Source of the DNA: Candidatus Buchananbacteria bacterium CG10_big_fil_rev_8_21_14_0_10_33_19
Lineage (GTDB): Bacteria > Patescibacteriota > Patescibacteriia > 2-01-FULL-39-33
Direction: 5' to 3'
DNA length: 64,000 nt
NCBI GenBank assembly: GCA_002773855.1
Contig: PEZY01000012.1
Span: forward strand, 297,613-361,612
A program made the position numbers and the translations under genes. This document shows positions 1 through 9,569 of this stretch, piece by piece. The notes beneath the pieces are model-generated. The model had not been told where the DNA came from and did no database searches. It worked only from the letters and a program-made list of their open reading frames with translations. How positions within the stretch are numbered: the first letter of the stretch is position 1; the number at the start of each line of letters is the position of its first letter.

Positions 1-43
1 CAGTAGCTCTGGTGTTAGAAGAATTAAAGCGGTCTTGGAATAG
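1..43 (+). CDS. alaS: 3' end of alanine--tRNA ligase (partial, short form ending after the editing domain)
   Basis: Frame from nt 2 reads SSSGVRRIKAVLE*; GVRRI-A is the AlaRS/ThrRS SAD-domain motif. Only 13 codons are visible. Confidence 0.65.
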   Translation, partial: SSSGVRRIKAVLE

Positions 44-57
44 TTTTAAAATCAACA

Positions 58-101
58 AATTAAATAGAGCTACTGATCTGAATTAGTAGCTCTATTTAAT
101 T
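58..101. terminator. Intrinsic terminator-like hairpin
   Basis: 17-bp perfect inverted repeat AATTAAATAGAGCTACT/AGTAGCTCTATTTAATT just after the upstream stop codon. Confidence 0.7.
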
Positions 102-114
102 GCTAAAATAAGGC

Positions 115-153
115 TTTTTAAACACTTCAAGCACTGTTTGAAGTGTTTAAAAA
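115..153. repeat. Second inverted repeat (hairpin/terminator)
   Basis: TTTTTAAACACTTCAA-N7-TTGAAGTGTTTAAAAA, 16-bp arms. Confidence 0.65.
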
Positions 154-247
154 AATAGACTATTTTTAATTACTTTACATTATATTATTTATTTGTTAAT
201 CTAATTGAGCTTTGTTCTATTTATCCCGTTTTTTTGGCTTAATTATC

Positions 248-313
248 TTGACAGGTTTTATATTTTGATATAAGATGAACTTGTATTGACAAATAATTCA
301 AATCTGCTATAAT
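248..313 (+). promoter_or_regulatory. Tandem sigma70 promoters for the infA-alpha operon
   Basis: TTGACA(248)-17-TAAGAT(271) and TTGACA(286)-16-TATAAT(308) with an extended -10 TG. Confidence 0.65.
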
Positions 314-428
314 TATCACAGCAGAAAAAACAAACAAAAATAGCTTATTTAAGTTTAAATTCTGGGCTAGCTGAGTAATGCACTTATGTTGCCAAGAATT
401 TTATTTTATAATAAAATATCAGTGTTTA

Positions 429-668
429 ATGTCAAATAAGGAAGGAAACACCCAACAGTCTAAGGACTTTTTGGAACTTGATGGAGAAGTAATAGAATCT
501 CTACCAGCCACTACTTTTAAAGTAAAGTTGGATAATGGTCATGAGATTTTAGCCCACTTATCAGGGAAGATGAGGATGTTTAACATCCGTATTTTGCCAG
601 GTGATAAAGTCAAGATTCAAATGACACCTTATGACTTAACCAAGGGTAGAATAACTTATCGTTACTAA
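429..668 (+). CDS. infA: Translation initiation factor IF-1
   Basis: [25 protein letters not shown]...IRILPGDKV...[12 protein letters not shown]; start moved to ATG 429. Confidence 0.97.
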   Translation: MSNKEGNTQQSKDFLELDGEVIESLPATTFKVKLDNGHEILAHLSGKMRMFNIRILPGDKVKIQMTPYDLTKGRITYRY

Positions 669-678
669 AAAGATAATT

Positions 679-792
679 ATGAAAGTAAGATCATCAGTTA
701 AAAAAATCTGCAAGGATTGTCAGGTTGTACGTCGCAAAAAAAGACTTGTAGTTATATGTAAGAACCCTAAACATAAACAACGACAGGGTTAA
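679..792 (+). CDS. rpmJ: 50S ribosomal protein L36 (not in ORF track)
   Basis: Hand translation [37 protein letters not shown]; canonical position. Confidence 0.98.
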   Translation: MKVRSSVKKICKDCQVVRRKKRLVVICKNPKHKQRQG

Positions 793-826
793 TTTAATCT
801 AATATTTTTAAATTTTTAAAACAGAT

Positions 827-1219
827 ATGGCAGTAAGAATTGCAGGAACAACTTTACCAAATGATAAAAGAGTGGAGATTGGCTTGACTTATATTTTGGG
901 TATTGGTAGAACACTTTCTGGTAATATTTTAAAGAAAGCTAAGGTTGACCCAAGTATTAGAATTAAAGATTTGACTGAAGATCAGGCTAATGAACTTAGA
1001 AATATTATTGAAAAGCAATACACAGTCGAAGGTGAACTGCGAAGAGAGGTGATGAGTAATATAAAAAGGTTGAAGGAAATAAAATCGTATAGAGGTTCTA
1101 GACATTCTAAGAATCTACCAGCCAGAGGACAAAGAACAAAAACAAATAATCGGACTGTTAGAGGCAATGTTAGAAAGACTTCTGGATCGGGTCGAAAAGA
1201 TTCTGGTCAAAAAACCTAA
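827..1219 (+). CDS. rpsM: 30S ribosomal protein S13
   Basis: [20 protein letters not shown]...[17 protein letters not shown]. Confidence 0.98.
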   Translation: MAVRIAGTTLPNDKRVEIGLTYILGIGRTLSGNILKKAKVDPSIRIKDLTEDQANELRNIIEKQYTVEGELRREVMSNIKRLKEIKSYRGSRHSKNLPARGQRTKTNNRTVRGNVRKTSGSGRKDSGQKT

Positions 1220-1243
1220 TTTAACCGAAATTAAATTTTCAAA

Positions 1244-1696
1244 ATGAGCGAAGAATTGAAAAATACAAATGAATCAACAGTAGAACCAAAGGATTCTAAG
1301 GATAAAACCAAAAAATCTAGAACCAAAGGTAAAAAGGGTGTAGTTAGACAAGTAGCATCTGGTCGAGCTTATGTTAAGTCTACTTATAACAATACTATTG
1401 TTACTTTTACCGATCAAAACGGCAACGTTTTAAGCTGGTCCTCAGCTGGTCAATGTGGTTTTAAAGGTCCTAAAAAATCTACCCCTTATGCTGCTAGTAT
1501 GATAGTTAAGGATGCCTTTGAAAAGGCTAAGAAATATGGTCTTAAAGAGGTTTCAGTATTTGTTAAGGGTATTGGTGGTGGACGAGAAGCATCTATTAGA
1601 GCTTTGAATGCTAATGGTATTAATGTGAATAACATTAAAGATGTAACTCCTATTCCTCACAATGGTTGTCGAGCGAAGAAACCACGAAGAGTTTAA
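1244..1696 (+). CDS. rpsK: 30S ribosomal protein S11
   Basis: [34 protein letters not shown]...[11 protein letters not shown]. Confidence 0.98.
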   Translation: MSEELKNTNESTVEPKDSKDKTKKSRTKGKKGVVRQVASGRAYVKSTYNNTIVTFTDQNGNVLSWSSAGQCGFKGPKKSTPYAASMIVKDAFEKAKKYGLKEVSVFVKGIGGGREASIRALNANGINVNNIKDVTPIPHNGCRAKKPRRV

Positions 1697-1728
1697 TAAT
1701 TATAAAGATCAGTTAAATATTCAAAATA

Positions 1729-2355
1729 ATGAAGAGTCAAGATCCACAATGTAAAAAATGCCGAAGAGCTGGTGAAAAGCTATTTCTTAAAGGTGAAAAA
1801 TGTGAAGGTGCCAAGTGCACTTTGGTTAAGAGAAATTTTGCTCCAGGTGTCCACGGTAATAAAGGCTTTAAAAGATTGACTAACTATGGTAAGCAATTAG
1901 CTGAAAAGCAAAAAGCTAAAAGAATGTACGGTTTAAGAGAAAAGCAATTTGCTAGTTATTTTGACAAGTCATTTAAAAAAGTTGGTAAAACCGGTGAGTT
2001 ACTGTTTGGTATGTTGGAAAACAGATTAGACAATACTGTGTTTAGATTGGGCTTTGGTAAATCACGAAGTCACGCTAGACAAATTGTTGGTCATGGTCAC
2101 ATTGAAGTAAATGGCAAAAAAGTTGATATTCCTTCATACCAGGTTAAAGTTGGAGATATTATTTCTATCAAGGAAAAGGCTATGAAGTCACCAGCCTTTG
2201 TTAATATTAAAGAAGACTTAGAAAAGAAAGAATTAGTGCCTTGGATATCTTTAGACAAAAAAGAATTAAAAGGTAAAATTACTGGCGTACCTAATTTATC
2301 AGATGTGGCTTTAAATATTGACTGGCAAAGCATCGTTGAGTTCTATTCTAAATAA
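1729..2355 (+). CDS. rpsD: 30S ribosomal protein S4
   Basis: CKKCRRAGEKLFLKGEKC zinc motif; LENRLDNTVFRLGF; IVEFYSK end. Confidence 0.98.
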   Translation: MKSQDPQCKKCRRAGEKLFLKGEKCEGAKCTLVKRNFAPGVHGNKGFKRLTNYGKQLAEKQKAKRMYGLREKQFASYFDKSFKKVGKTGELLFGMLENRLDNTVFRLGFGKSRSHARQIVGHGHIEVNGKKVDIPSYQVKVGDIISIKEKAMKSPAFVNIKEDLEKKELVPWISLDKKELKGKITGVPNLSDVALNIDWQSIVEFYSK

Positions 2356-2400
2356 TATTTATACTAAATCATTGCCGTCAAAGGCAGGAGGAAAAAAAAT

Positions 2401-3267
2401 ATGAAACATATCTCACTACCCAAAAAATTTACTATCGAGGCAGAAGAAAAAGGCAACAAAGCTAAGGTTGTTATTGAGCCTTGTTTTCCAGGTTATGGAA
2501 TGACATTAGGCAACGCTCTAAGACGAGTGCTTTTGTCATCTCTGCCAGGTGGCGCAGTTACTGCTATAAAGATTAATGGTGTTAGTCATGAATTTAGTGC
2601 TATTGAAAATGTGTCTGAAGACGTGGTTGAAATCATTCTTAATCTTAAGCAATTAAATGTCAAAGTTTATAGTGATGAGCCAGTAGTATTAAAAGTTAGC
2701 GCTAACGGTGAGGGTAAAGTAACTGGTGCTGATGTAGAAAAGTCTTCTGATGCTGAAGTGGTTAATAAAGATCAAATTATTGCTACTTTAAATAGTAAGG
2801 ATGCGAAATTTGATATGGAAATTACTGTAGCTAAGGGTATTGGTTATGTGCCATCTGAAGAACAAGTAAACAGTAAAGAAAAGGGTGAGATTGGCGTTAT
2901 ATTGATTGATTCTATTTTTACACCAGTTGTTAATGTATCTTTGAATGTTGAAGCGACTCGAGTTGGTCAGAAGGTTGATTATGATAAAATCATTTTAGAT
3001 GTTGAAACTGACGGTACTATTACTGCTGAAGAGGCTGTACAAAAAGCGGCTGAAATTTTAGCTAATCAGTTTAGTTGGATAATGGAAGGTGGCCGAGTGG
3101 AAATGGAAGAAGTTGATGTTGAAGCTCCGGTTGAGATTTCAGAAGATAGTACTATGGCAGAAATTGAAAAAGAAGAAGTTGTTGAAGCTGAAGTTAAAGA
3201 CTCACTCGAAGAAGAAAAGCCAGCAAAAAAGAAAAGAGCTAAAAAAGAAGAATCTACTGAAGAATAA
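2401..3267 (+). CDS. rpoA: RNA polymerase alpha subunit (NTD intact, acidic/Lys tail in place of alphaCTD)
   Basis: EP.FPGYGMTLGNALRRVLLSSLPG.A; IDSIFTPV; ETDGTI; operon position. Confidence 0.97.
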   Translation: MKHISLPKKFTIEAEEKGNKAKVVIEPCFPGYGMTLGNALRRVLLSSLPGGAVTAIKINGVSHEFSAIENVSEDVVEIILNLKQLNVKVYSDEPVVLKVSANGEGKVTGADVEKSSDAEVVNKDQIIATLNSKDAKFDMEITVAKGIGYVPSEEQVNSKEKGEIGVILIDSIFTPVVNVSLNVEATRVGQKVDYDKIILDVETDGTITAEEAVQKAAEILANQFSWIMEGGRVEMEEVDVEAPVEISEDSTMAEIEKEEVVEAEVKDSLEEEKPAKKKRAKKEESTEE

Positions 3268-3303
3268 AAATAATACATTTGCTATAGTTGCAATCCAAAT
3301 ATT

Positions 3304-3666
3304 ATGAGACATCAAAAGAAAGGTAAAAAATTAGGCAGAACGGCAGCTCCAAGAAAAGCTTTGTTTAGAAGTTTGGTTACTAGCTTTGTGATTTATGAAA
3401 AGATCAAAACCACTCAAGCCAAGGCTAAAGCGCTTCGTCCAATTGCCGAAAAAATGATTACTTTAGCAAAGAAGGACACTCTTCATAATCGTCGACAGGC
3501 TTTGAAGGTGTTATATGTTGAAGATGCTGTTAAAAAGTTATTTGAAGTTATTGGTCCTAGATACAAAGAAAGAAATGGCGGTTATACTAGAATCGTCAAA
3601 TTAATGCCAAGAAAAAATGATGGTGCAGAAATGGCTATTTTAGAATTAGTTGAGGATAAAGAATAA
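3304..3666 (+). CDS. rplQ: 50S ribosomal protein L17
   Basis: [12 protein letters not shown]...IKTT.AKAK...RNGGYTRI. Confidence 0.98.
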   Translation: MRHQKKGKKLGRTAAPRKALFRSLVTSFVIYEKIKTTQAKAKALRPIAEKMITLAKKDTLHNRRQALKVLYVEDAVKKLFEVIGPRYKERNGGYTRIVKLMPRKNDGAEMAILELVEDKE

Positions 3667-3667
3667 T

Positions 3668-4024
3668 ATGGAAAAAATAGAACGAAAAACTCATCAAATC
3701 GATGCTACAGATAGACCACTTGGTAGATTAGCAACTGAAGTGGCTATGATTTTACGTGGCAAGAATAAAGCTACTTTTCAACCCCATATTGATGGCGGTG
3801 ATATTGTAGAAATTACCAATGCTCATAAAATTAAATTTACTGGTAAGAAGCTAGAACAAAAAGAATTTATTTCTCATAGTAATCACCCAGGTGGTTTAAA
3901 AAGAAAGAAAGTTAAGGATGTTTTTAAAGCTGATCCAGGTGATGTACTAAGAAGAGCAGTTGTTGGTATGTTACCAAAAAATAAATTAAGAGATTTAATG
4001 ATTAAGAGATTGATAATCAAATAA
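3668..4024 (+). CDS. rplM: 50S ribosomal protein L13 (short C-terminus)
   Basis: IDA...LGRLATEVA..LRGKNK..F.PHIDGGD; HSNHPGGLK; GMLPKN; ATG 3668 chosen. Confidence 0.96.
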   Translation: MEKIERKTHQIDATDRPLGRLATEVAMILRGKNKATFQPHIDGGDIVEITNAHKIKFTGKKLEQKEFISHSNHPGGLKRKKVKDVFKADPGDVLRRAVVGMLPKNKLRDLMIKRLIIK

Positions 4025-4026
4025 TT

Positions 4027-4437
4027 ATGCCTGAAGAAACTAAAACTAAAAAGTATATTTACGCTAAGGGAGCTAGAAAAAGTTCTACCGCTCAGGCTAG
4101 ATTGTATGAAGGTGGTAAAGGTGGGGTAGAAGTTAATGGTTTAAAATTGAAAGAATATTTTAAAACGCAAGCTCTGCAAGATGTTTTTTTGAGTCCTCTT
4201 AAATTAACTAGTCATTTAAAAGACCTTGATGTTACTGTTAAGGTTCATAGTGGTGGTCAACAAGGTCAGGCTGATGCTTGTCGTCACGCCATATCTAGAG
4301 CTTTAATCTTATTGGATAAGGAACTTAGACCAGCCTTAAAAGCTGAAGGTTTCTTGACTCGTGATCCAAGAGTGAAAGAAAGAAAAAAACCAGGCTTGAA
4401 GGGCGCTAGAAAAGCCCCACAATGGAGCAAGCGTTAA
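4027..4437 (+). CDS. rpsI: 30S ribosomal protein S9
   Basis: GG..GQADA.RHAISRAL...LTRDPRVKERKKPGLK.ARKAPQWSKR. Confidence 0.98.
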   Translation: MPEETKTKKYIYAKGARKSSTAQARLYEGGKGGVEVNGLKLKEYFKTQALQDVFLSPLKLTSHLKDLDVTVKVHSGGQQGQADACRHAISRALILLDKELRPALKAEGFLTRDPRVKERKKPGLKGARKAPQWSKR

Positions 4438-4458
4438 AGCTTATATTATTGTATATAT

Positions 4459-4489
4459 AAAACACTCAACATTCCGTTGGGTGTTTTTG
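4459..4489 (+). terminator. Terminator of the ribosomal operon
   Basis: AAAACACTCAAC-ATTCC-GTTGGGTGTTTT followed by a T-rich tail. Confidence 0.75.
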
Positions 4490-4562
4490 TTTCTCTGGAA
4501 TTATTTTTTGACAATATACTATTTTTATGTTATGATTAAGAGACCAACAAAAGGAGATGGTT

Positions 4563-4793
4563 ATGAGACTCTGGAATTGGATTGTCGACAGGTTGCCATT
4601 AATTGTTTTTTGTTCATTGATAATAATATTTTTAAGTATTTGTTTCGCTGGTTTGTATTTATTAATCTTTCAGGCTAATTTAGTTGGATTATTGGTATTA
4701 CTTATTGGTTTTTGTTTAACGGTTGGCTTAATTATTTTTTTGTATAAACTAACAGAAGCTGTTATGGTAGTTTATTATGGTGATATTAATTAA
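4563..4793 (+). CDS. Small membrane protein (ORFan) with its own promoter and SD
   Basis: Two hydrophobic segments; TTGACA(4508)-17-TATGAT(4531); AGGAG 6 nt before ATG 4563; hairpin AGCTCTC/GGGAGCT plus T-tract downstream. Confidence 0.7.
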   Translation: MRLWNWIVDRLPLIVFCSLIIIFLSICFAGLYLLIFQANLVGLLVLLIGFCLTVGLIIFLYKLTEAVMVVYYGDIN

Positions 4794-4869
4794 GTCTAAT
4801 CCGGGATTAATATGTTAGCTCTCAATAGGGAGCTTTTTTTATTGTTTAAATTGGGTTATAATTATTGAT

Positions 4870-6309
4870 ATGACTCATGGAAAATTAGCTAAAAATACCT
4901 TCTTTTTTACTATATCATTGGCTATTCAAAAGGCCATATCTTTTTTGTATTTTATTTTAATTGCTAGGGCTGTCAGTGTTGATGATTTAGGTAAATATTC
5001 ATTTGCTTTGAGTTTTGCTACGATTTTTTCTATGTTTTTGGATTTTGGTACGACTCAAATATTGGTTCGTGAAAGTGCCCGTAAAAAAGAAGACTCCCAA
5101 AAGTATTTATCTAATGTTCTGGGTTTTAAATTAATCGTGTCGGTTTTTGTCTATTTGTTAATTGTCACAGCGGTTAATTTAATGGGCTATCCAGAAATTA
5201 CTAAACAATTAGTGTATGTGACTGGCCTAGTCATTGTTCTTGATTCATTTAGTATCGCATTTTACTCAGTGTTAAGGGGTTTACAGAATTTAGTTTTTGA
5301 AAGTCTCGGTGTGATTGTTAATCAAATTATTTTACTTAGTTTGGGTTTTGTAGTTTTACAATTGAACTTAGGTTTAGTGGTTCTGATGAGTGTTTATGTG
5401 GTTGGTACTTTATTTAATTTATTTTATTCCGCTGCTTTGTTAAGTTTTAAATATAAGGTTTTTCCTAAGCCAGATTTTTCTGCTAGTTTAATTTTAAAAA
5501 TTTTAAAAATATCATTGCCGTTTGCGATTGCTGGAGTTTTTGTAAGATTATATTCCTATATGGATGTAATTATATTATCTAAATTAACTAATGATGAGGC
5601 GGTTGGTATATATAGTGTGGCTTATAAAGTAACATTTGCCTTGCAGTTTATTGGTGTGGCTTTTTCGGCGGCTATTTATCCAGCTTTTTGTAATTATTTT
5701 GTTTCTTCAAAGGAGATGTTAGCGAAAAGTTTTACTAAATCAGTTTATTATTTATTAATTATTTCCATGCCACTTTCAGTGGGAATTATTACTATTGCTG
5801 ATAAAGCGATAGTGCCAATTTTTGGTGCTGGTTATAGTGAAGCGATAGTGCCATTGCAAATATTAATGGTGTCATTAGTAATTATATTTTTAGCCTTTCC
5901 GGTCGGTGCTTTACTTAATGCTGCTAACAAGCAAACTGCTAACACCGTAGTGTTGGGCTTCATCGCTTTATTTAATATAGTCGCTAATTTAATATTAGTA
6001 CCAATGTTTAGTTATAATGGAGCAGCTTTAGCCGCACTTTTAAGCTACGTGTTGCTATTCTTTATTGGTTTGATTTTGGTTGGTAGTGTAATTAATTATG
6101 ATAAAAAATATCTTTTAATTTCAGCTGTTAAAATAATAATTAGTTGTGTGGCGATGGGATTTTTAGTGATTTTCTTAAAAGAAAGGTTGCATTTTATGAT
6201 AGTTATTCCGATTGGGGCCTTGGCTTATTTTGTGGTTTTATATGTTACCAAAGGTTTCACTCAAAACGATATATTTCAACTTAGGGATTTGTTATTAAAA
6301 AAAACTTAA
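4870..6309 (+). CDS. Oligosaccharide flippase (Wzx/RfbX, MOP family)
   Basis: About 14 TM segments; LAKNT start, G.YSFALSF..IF....DFG, D.IILSK....VGIYSVAY motifs. Confidence 0.9.
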   Translation: MTHGKLAKNTFFFTISLAIQKAISFLYFILIARAVSVDDLGKYSFALSFATIFSMFLDFGTTQILVRESARKKEDSQKYLSNVLGFKLIVSVFVYLLIVTAVNLMGYPEITKQLVYVTGLVIVLDSFSIAFYSVLRGLQNLVFESLGVIVNQIILLSLGFVVLQLNLGLVVLMSVYVVGTLFNLFYSAALLSFKYKVFPKPDFSASLILKILKISLPFAIAGVFVRLYSYMDVIILSKLTNDEAVGIYSVAYKVTFALQFIGVAFSAAIYPAFCNYFVSSKEMLAKSFTKSVYYLLIISMPLSVGIITIADKAIVPIFGAGYSEAIVPLQILMVSLVIIFLAFPVGALLNAANKQTANTVVLGFIALFNIVANLILVPMFSYNGAALAALLSYVLLFFIGLILVGSVINYDKKYLLISAVKIIISCVAMGFLVIFLKERLHFMIVIPIGALAYFVVLYVTKGFTQNDIFQLRDLLLKKT

Positions 6310-6310
6310 T

Positions 6311-7420
6311 ATGAAAAAAACTCTACTAGTGACTTATTTTTTCCCACCGCAAATTGGCGGCATTGAAAATTATTATTTAAATCTGTGTGCCAATCTTCCT
6401 AGTGATAAGATAGTAGTGTTAACGCAAGAAAATAGCAACACCGATGAATTTGATAATCAACAGAATTATAAAATTCATCGCACAAATTTTTTTGGTGGTT
6501 TTTTATCGCCACGTTGGCGACATTTAAAAGGTAAAATTAAAAAAATTAAAGAAGAGGAGGGAATTGAACAAATTATTTTTGGTCATTTTCATCCATTGAA
6601 TATCTTGGGGAATTATTTAGATTTGCCATATTATATTTTTGTTCATGGTACTGATGTGAAGCAAGTTAGACACAGTTTATGGCAGAGAATAATTTTTAAG
6701 AAGGTTTATAATGATTGTAAAAAAATTGTTGCCAATAGTAATTATATAGCTAGTGAAGTTGAATCTATAGTTAAAGATAAAAATAAAGTCATAGTTATTC
6801 ATCCGGGTATTAATTATCAAATGTTTTCTCAAAAATCAGATCAGATTGAAAGCAAAAGACGAGAATTAAATTTTAAATCAACTGATTTAATAATATTGAG
6901 TATGGGTAGGTTAGTCAAGCAAAAGAATTTTCAGACAATCATTAAATTGTTCCCAGATTTGTTGATAGATTTTCCTAATTTAAAATATATTATTGCTGGT
7001 GATGGGCCAGAAAGAGACCAGCTAATGAAATTAGTTTACAACTTGGGACTTAAAAATAATATTAAATTTGTGGGACGAGTTGATAATAATGACCATAGTA
7101 AAAAAGTTTATTATCAATTGGCTGATTTATTTGTTTCGGTATCTAGTATTGCCGAAGGTTTTGGGATTACCTATTTAGAGGCTCAAGCTAGCGGATTGCC
7201 AATCGTGGCTTCTAGAATTGGTGGCAGTAGTGAAGCGGTCGCTAGTAACCAAACTGGCATATTAGTAGATCCCAATGACTTGGGTCAAATTAAAGAGGCA
7301 GTTCATGAATTATTGAATAATAATAATAAAAGACAGGAATATGCGGTGGCCGGCCAAAAAAGAGCTTTAGATAAGTTTGATTGGCCTCAACAGGTAAATA
7401 AAATAAAAGAAATTTTATAA
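6311..7420 (+). CDS. Glycosyltransferase family 4
   Basis: FPPQIGGIE; GRLV.QKN; EGFGITYLEAQASGLPIVAS.IGG..E (EX7E). Confidence 0.93.
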   Translation: MKKTLLVTYFFPPQIGGIENYYLNLCANLPSDKIVVLTQENSNTDEFDNQQNYKIHRTNFFGGFLSPRWRHLKGKIKKIKEEEGIEQIIFGHFHPLNILGNYLDLPYYIFVHGTDVKQVRHSLWQRIIFKKVYNDCKKIVANSNYIASEVESIVKDKNKVIVIHPGINYQMFSQKSDQIESKRRELNFKSTDLIILSMGRLVKQKNFQTIIKLFPDLLIDFPNLKYIIAGDGPERDQLMKLVYNLGLKNNIKFVGRVDNNDHSKKVYYQLADLFVSVSSIAEGFGITYLEAQASGLPIVASRIGGSSEAVASNQTGILVDPNDLGQIKEAVHELLNNNNKRQEYAVAGQKRALDKFDWPQQVNKIKEIL

Positions 7421-7427
7421 AATAATT

Positions 7428-8111
7428 ATGTCTAAGATTAGTGTGGTTATACCAGTTTATAATTCTAGTCAAACTATTGGTCAATGCCTGAAGAGTGTGT
7501 TTGCTCAAACTTTTAAAGACTTGGAAGTAATCGCTATTGATGATGGTTCTACAGATTCTTCGTGGTCTGCTTTGGAAAAATGGCAAGATCGAGTTAAGAT
7601 TTATCAGCAGAAGAATATGGGGGCACCAGCAGCCAGAAATTTTGGTTTTACCAAAAGTCATGGTGATTATGTTATTTTTTGTGATGCCGATGTGATTATG
7701 AGAAATGATATGTTACAAAAAATGTATGATAGGTTAGAAGCCAATAAAAACAAGGCTTATGCCTATTCATCATTTAAATTTGGCTGGAAAACTTTTAAAA
7801 TTTGGCCGTTTAACTTGGAGAAATTAAAAAACGGACCATATATACCTACTACTTCTTTAATCCGTCGTAATTATTTTCCGGGCTTTGACGAGTTCTTGAA
7901 AAAATTTCAGGATTGGGATTTATGGCTGACTATCTCTGAAAATGGTGGCGAAGGTATTTGGATAAATGAAGTGTTATTTGTGGCTAAAACTGGGGGCACT
8001 ATGAGTCGATGGCTTCCAAAATTATTTTATAAATTATCTTGGCTTAGTTTTGTAAAAAAATATAATCAAGCTAAAAAAATTATTCAAGATAAACATAACT
8101 TAAAGTCATGA
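7428..8111 (+). CDS. Glycosyltransferase family 2
   Basis: ISVVIPVYN; IDDGSTD; ARNFG; FCDAD; QDWDLW. Confidence 0.93.
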   Translation: MSKISVVIPVYNSSQTIGQCLKSVFAQTFKDLEVIAIDDGSTDSSWSALEKWQDRVKIYQQKNMGAPAARNFGFTKSHGDYVIFCDADVIMRNDMLQKMYDRLEANKNKAYAYSSFKFGWKTFKIWPFNLEKLKNGPYIPTTSLIRRNYFPGFDEFLKKFQDWDLWLTISENGGEGIWINEVLFVAKTGGTMSRWLPKLFYKLSWLSFVKKYNQAKKIIQDKHNLKS

Positions 8112-8782
8112 TTAGATTGCAAAAATTTTTAGCTGATGCTGGTGTAGCTTCTCGTCGTAAGGCCGAGGAGTTGATTTTAGCCGGTCGGATTAAAGTTAAT
8201 GGTCAGGTTGTTAAGGAGCTTGGTACTAAAGTTGATGAAGTTGAAGATAAAATTGAATATAATGGAAACATAGTAAGTGTAACAGTTGACAAAGTTTATA
8301 TAGCTTTAAATAAGCCCATTGGTTATATTTCTAGCGCGACTAGTAGTCAGGGTAAATCTGTATTGGATTTAGTGGATGTAGGCTATAGAATTTATCCAGT
8401 TGGTCGATTAGATAAGGATTCCAGTGGCTTAATTTTGTTGACCAATGATGGTGATTTTACTAATAAATTAACCCATGCTAAATATGGCTGTGAGAAGGAA
8501 TATGAAGTCGTAATTGATAAGTCATTTTTAGATATTGATAAAAAAGCTTTTGAGTCTGGAATGAAATTGGCTGGTTACAAACTGCAACCAGTTCAAATAA
8601 CATTAATTAAAGATAATTTAGTTAGGTTGGTTTTAAAAGAGGGGATCAATCGTCAAATTAGGAAAATGATGGGCAAACGAGGCTATAGTGTTATTAGTTT
8701 AAAAAGGATTAGAATTGGCAAATTAAAATTAGCTAATTTAGAATTGGGAAAGTGGAAAAAAATAAATAACCAAGATGTCTAA
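8108..8782 (+). CDS. rRNA pseudouridine synthase (RsuA/RluB family)
   Basis: RLQKFLADAGVASRRKAEELI S4 domain; PVGRLDKDSSGLILLTNDG catalytic motif. Confidence 0.95.
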   Translation: MIRLQKFLADAGVASRRKAEELILAGRIKVNGQVVKELGTKVDEVEDKIEYNGNIVSVTVDKVYIALNKPIGYISSATSSQGKSVLDLVDVGYRIYPVGRLDKDSSGLILLTNDGDFTNKLTHAKYGCEKEYEVVIDKSFLDIDKKAFESGMKLAGYKLQPVQITLIKDNLVRLVLKEGINRQIRKMMGKRGYSVISLKRIRIGKLKLANLELGKWKKINNQDV

Positions 8783-9566
8783 AAATATAGATTTATCAAT
8801 TATTATTGTTTCTTGGAATACTAAAGATTTATTAGATAAGTGTTTGAGATCAGTGTACGAAAATAATAGCCAACTTAATCTGGAGGTTTTTGTGGTAGAT
8901 AATAATTCTAAAGATCAGACAGTGGATATGGTTAAAAGTAAATATCCACTGGTTAAATTAATTTCTAATAATAAAAACTTAGGTTTTGCAGTCGCCAATA
9001 ATCAAGCTTTAAAAAAAGCGCAAGGTAAGTATATTTTATTGCTTAATCCGGATACTGAAATTTTAGAAAAAGCCTTAGAAAGAGCTATAGAATTTATGGC
9101 TAATCATTTAGATTGTGGGGTAATGGGGGCCAAATTACTAAACACTGATAAAACAGTTCAATTCTCGGTTAGAAAGTTGCCAACTTGGTGGCCAATATTT
9201 TTACTTTTAGTTAAGGCCCCTAAATTTTTTAAAAAGCTTAAAGCGTTGGATGATTATTTATGTTTGAATTTTAATTATAATAAATTACAAACAGTAGAGC
9301 AGGTGATGGGGGCGTTTATGTTGATGACCAAAAAATTAATTGATGAAATTGGTTTGTTAGATGAAAGATTTTTTATCTGGTTTGAAGAAGTTGATTTATG
9401 TCGGAGGGCTTTAGATAGTGGCTACCAAGTGGTTTATAATCCAGATATCGAAGTTCTTCATCATGGTGGCCAGAGTTTTGCTCAAGAGCAGATTATCAAA
9501 AAACAATTTATATTTTTTAAAAGTGCCATACAATATTTTTTAAAGCACGGGTTTTTAAATAAATAA
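8775..9566 (+). CDS. Glycosyltransferase family 2 (WbbL-like)
   Basis: LSIIIVSWNT; VVDNNSKD; NLGFA.ANN; LLNPD; LDERFFIWFEEVDLC. Confidence 0.93.
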   Translation: MSKNIDLSIIIVSWNTKDLLDKCLRSVYENNSQLNLEVFVVDNNSKDQTVDMVKSKYPLVKLISNNKNLGFAVANNQALKKAQGKYILLLNPDTEILEKALERAIEFMANHLDCGVMGAKLLNTDKTVQFSVRKLPTWWPIFLLLVKAPKFFKKLKALDDYLCLNFNYNKLQTVEQVMGAFMLMTKKLIDEIGLLDERFFIWFEEVDLCRRALDSGYQVVYNPDIEVLHHGGQSFAQEQIIKKQFIFFKSAIQYFLKHGFLNK

Positions 9567-9569
9567 CCT

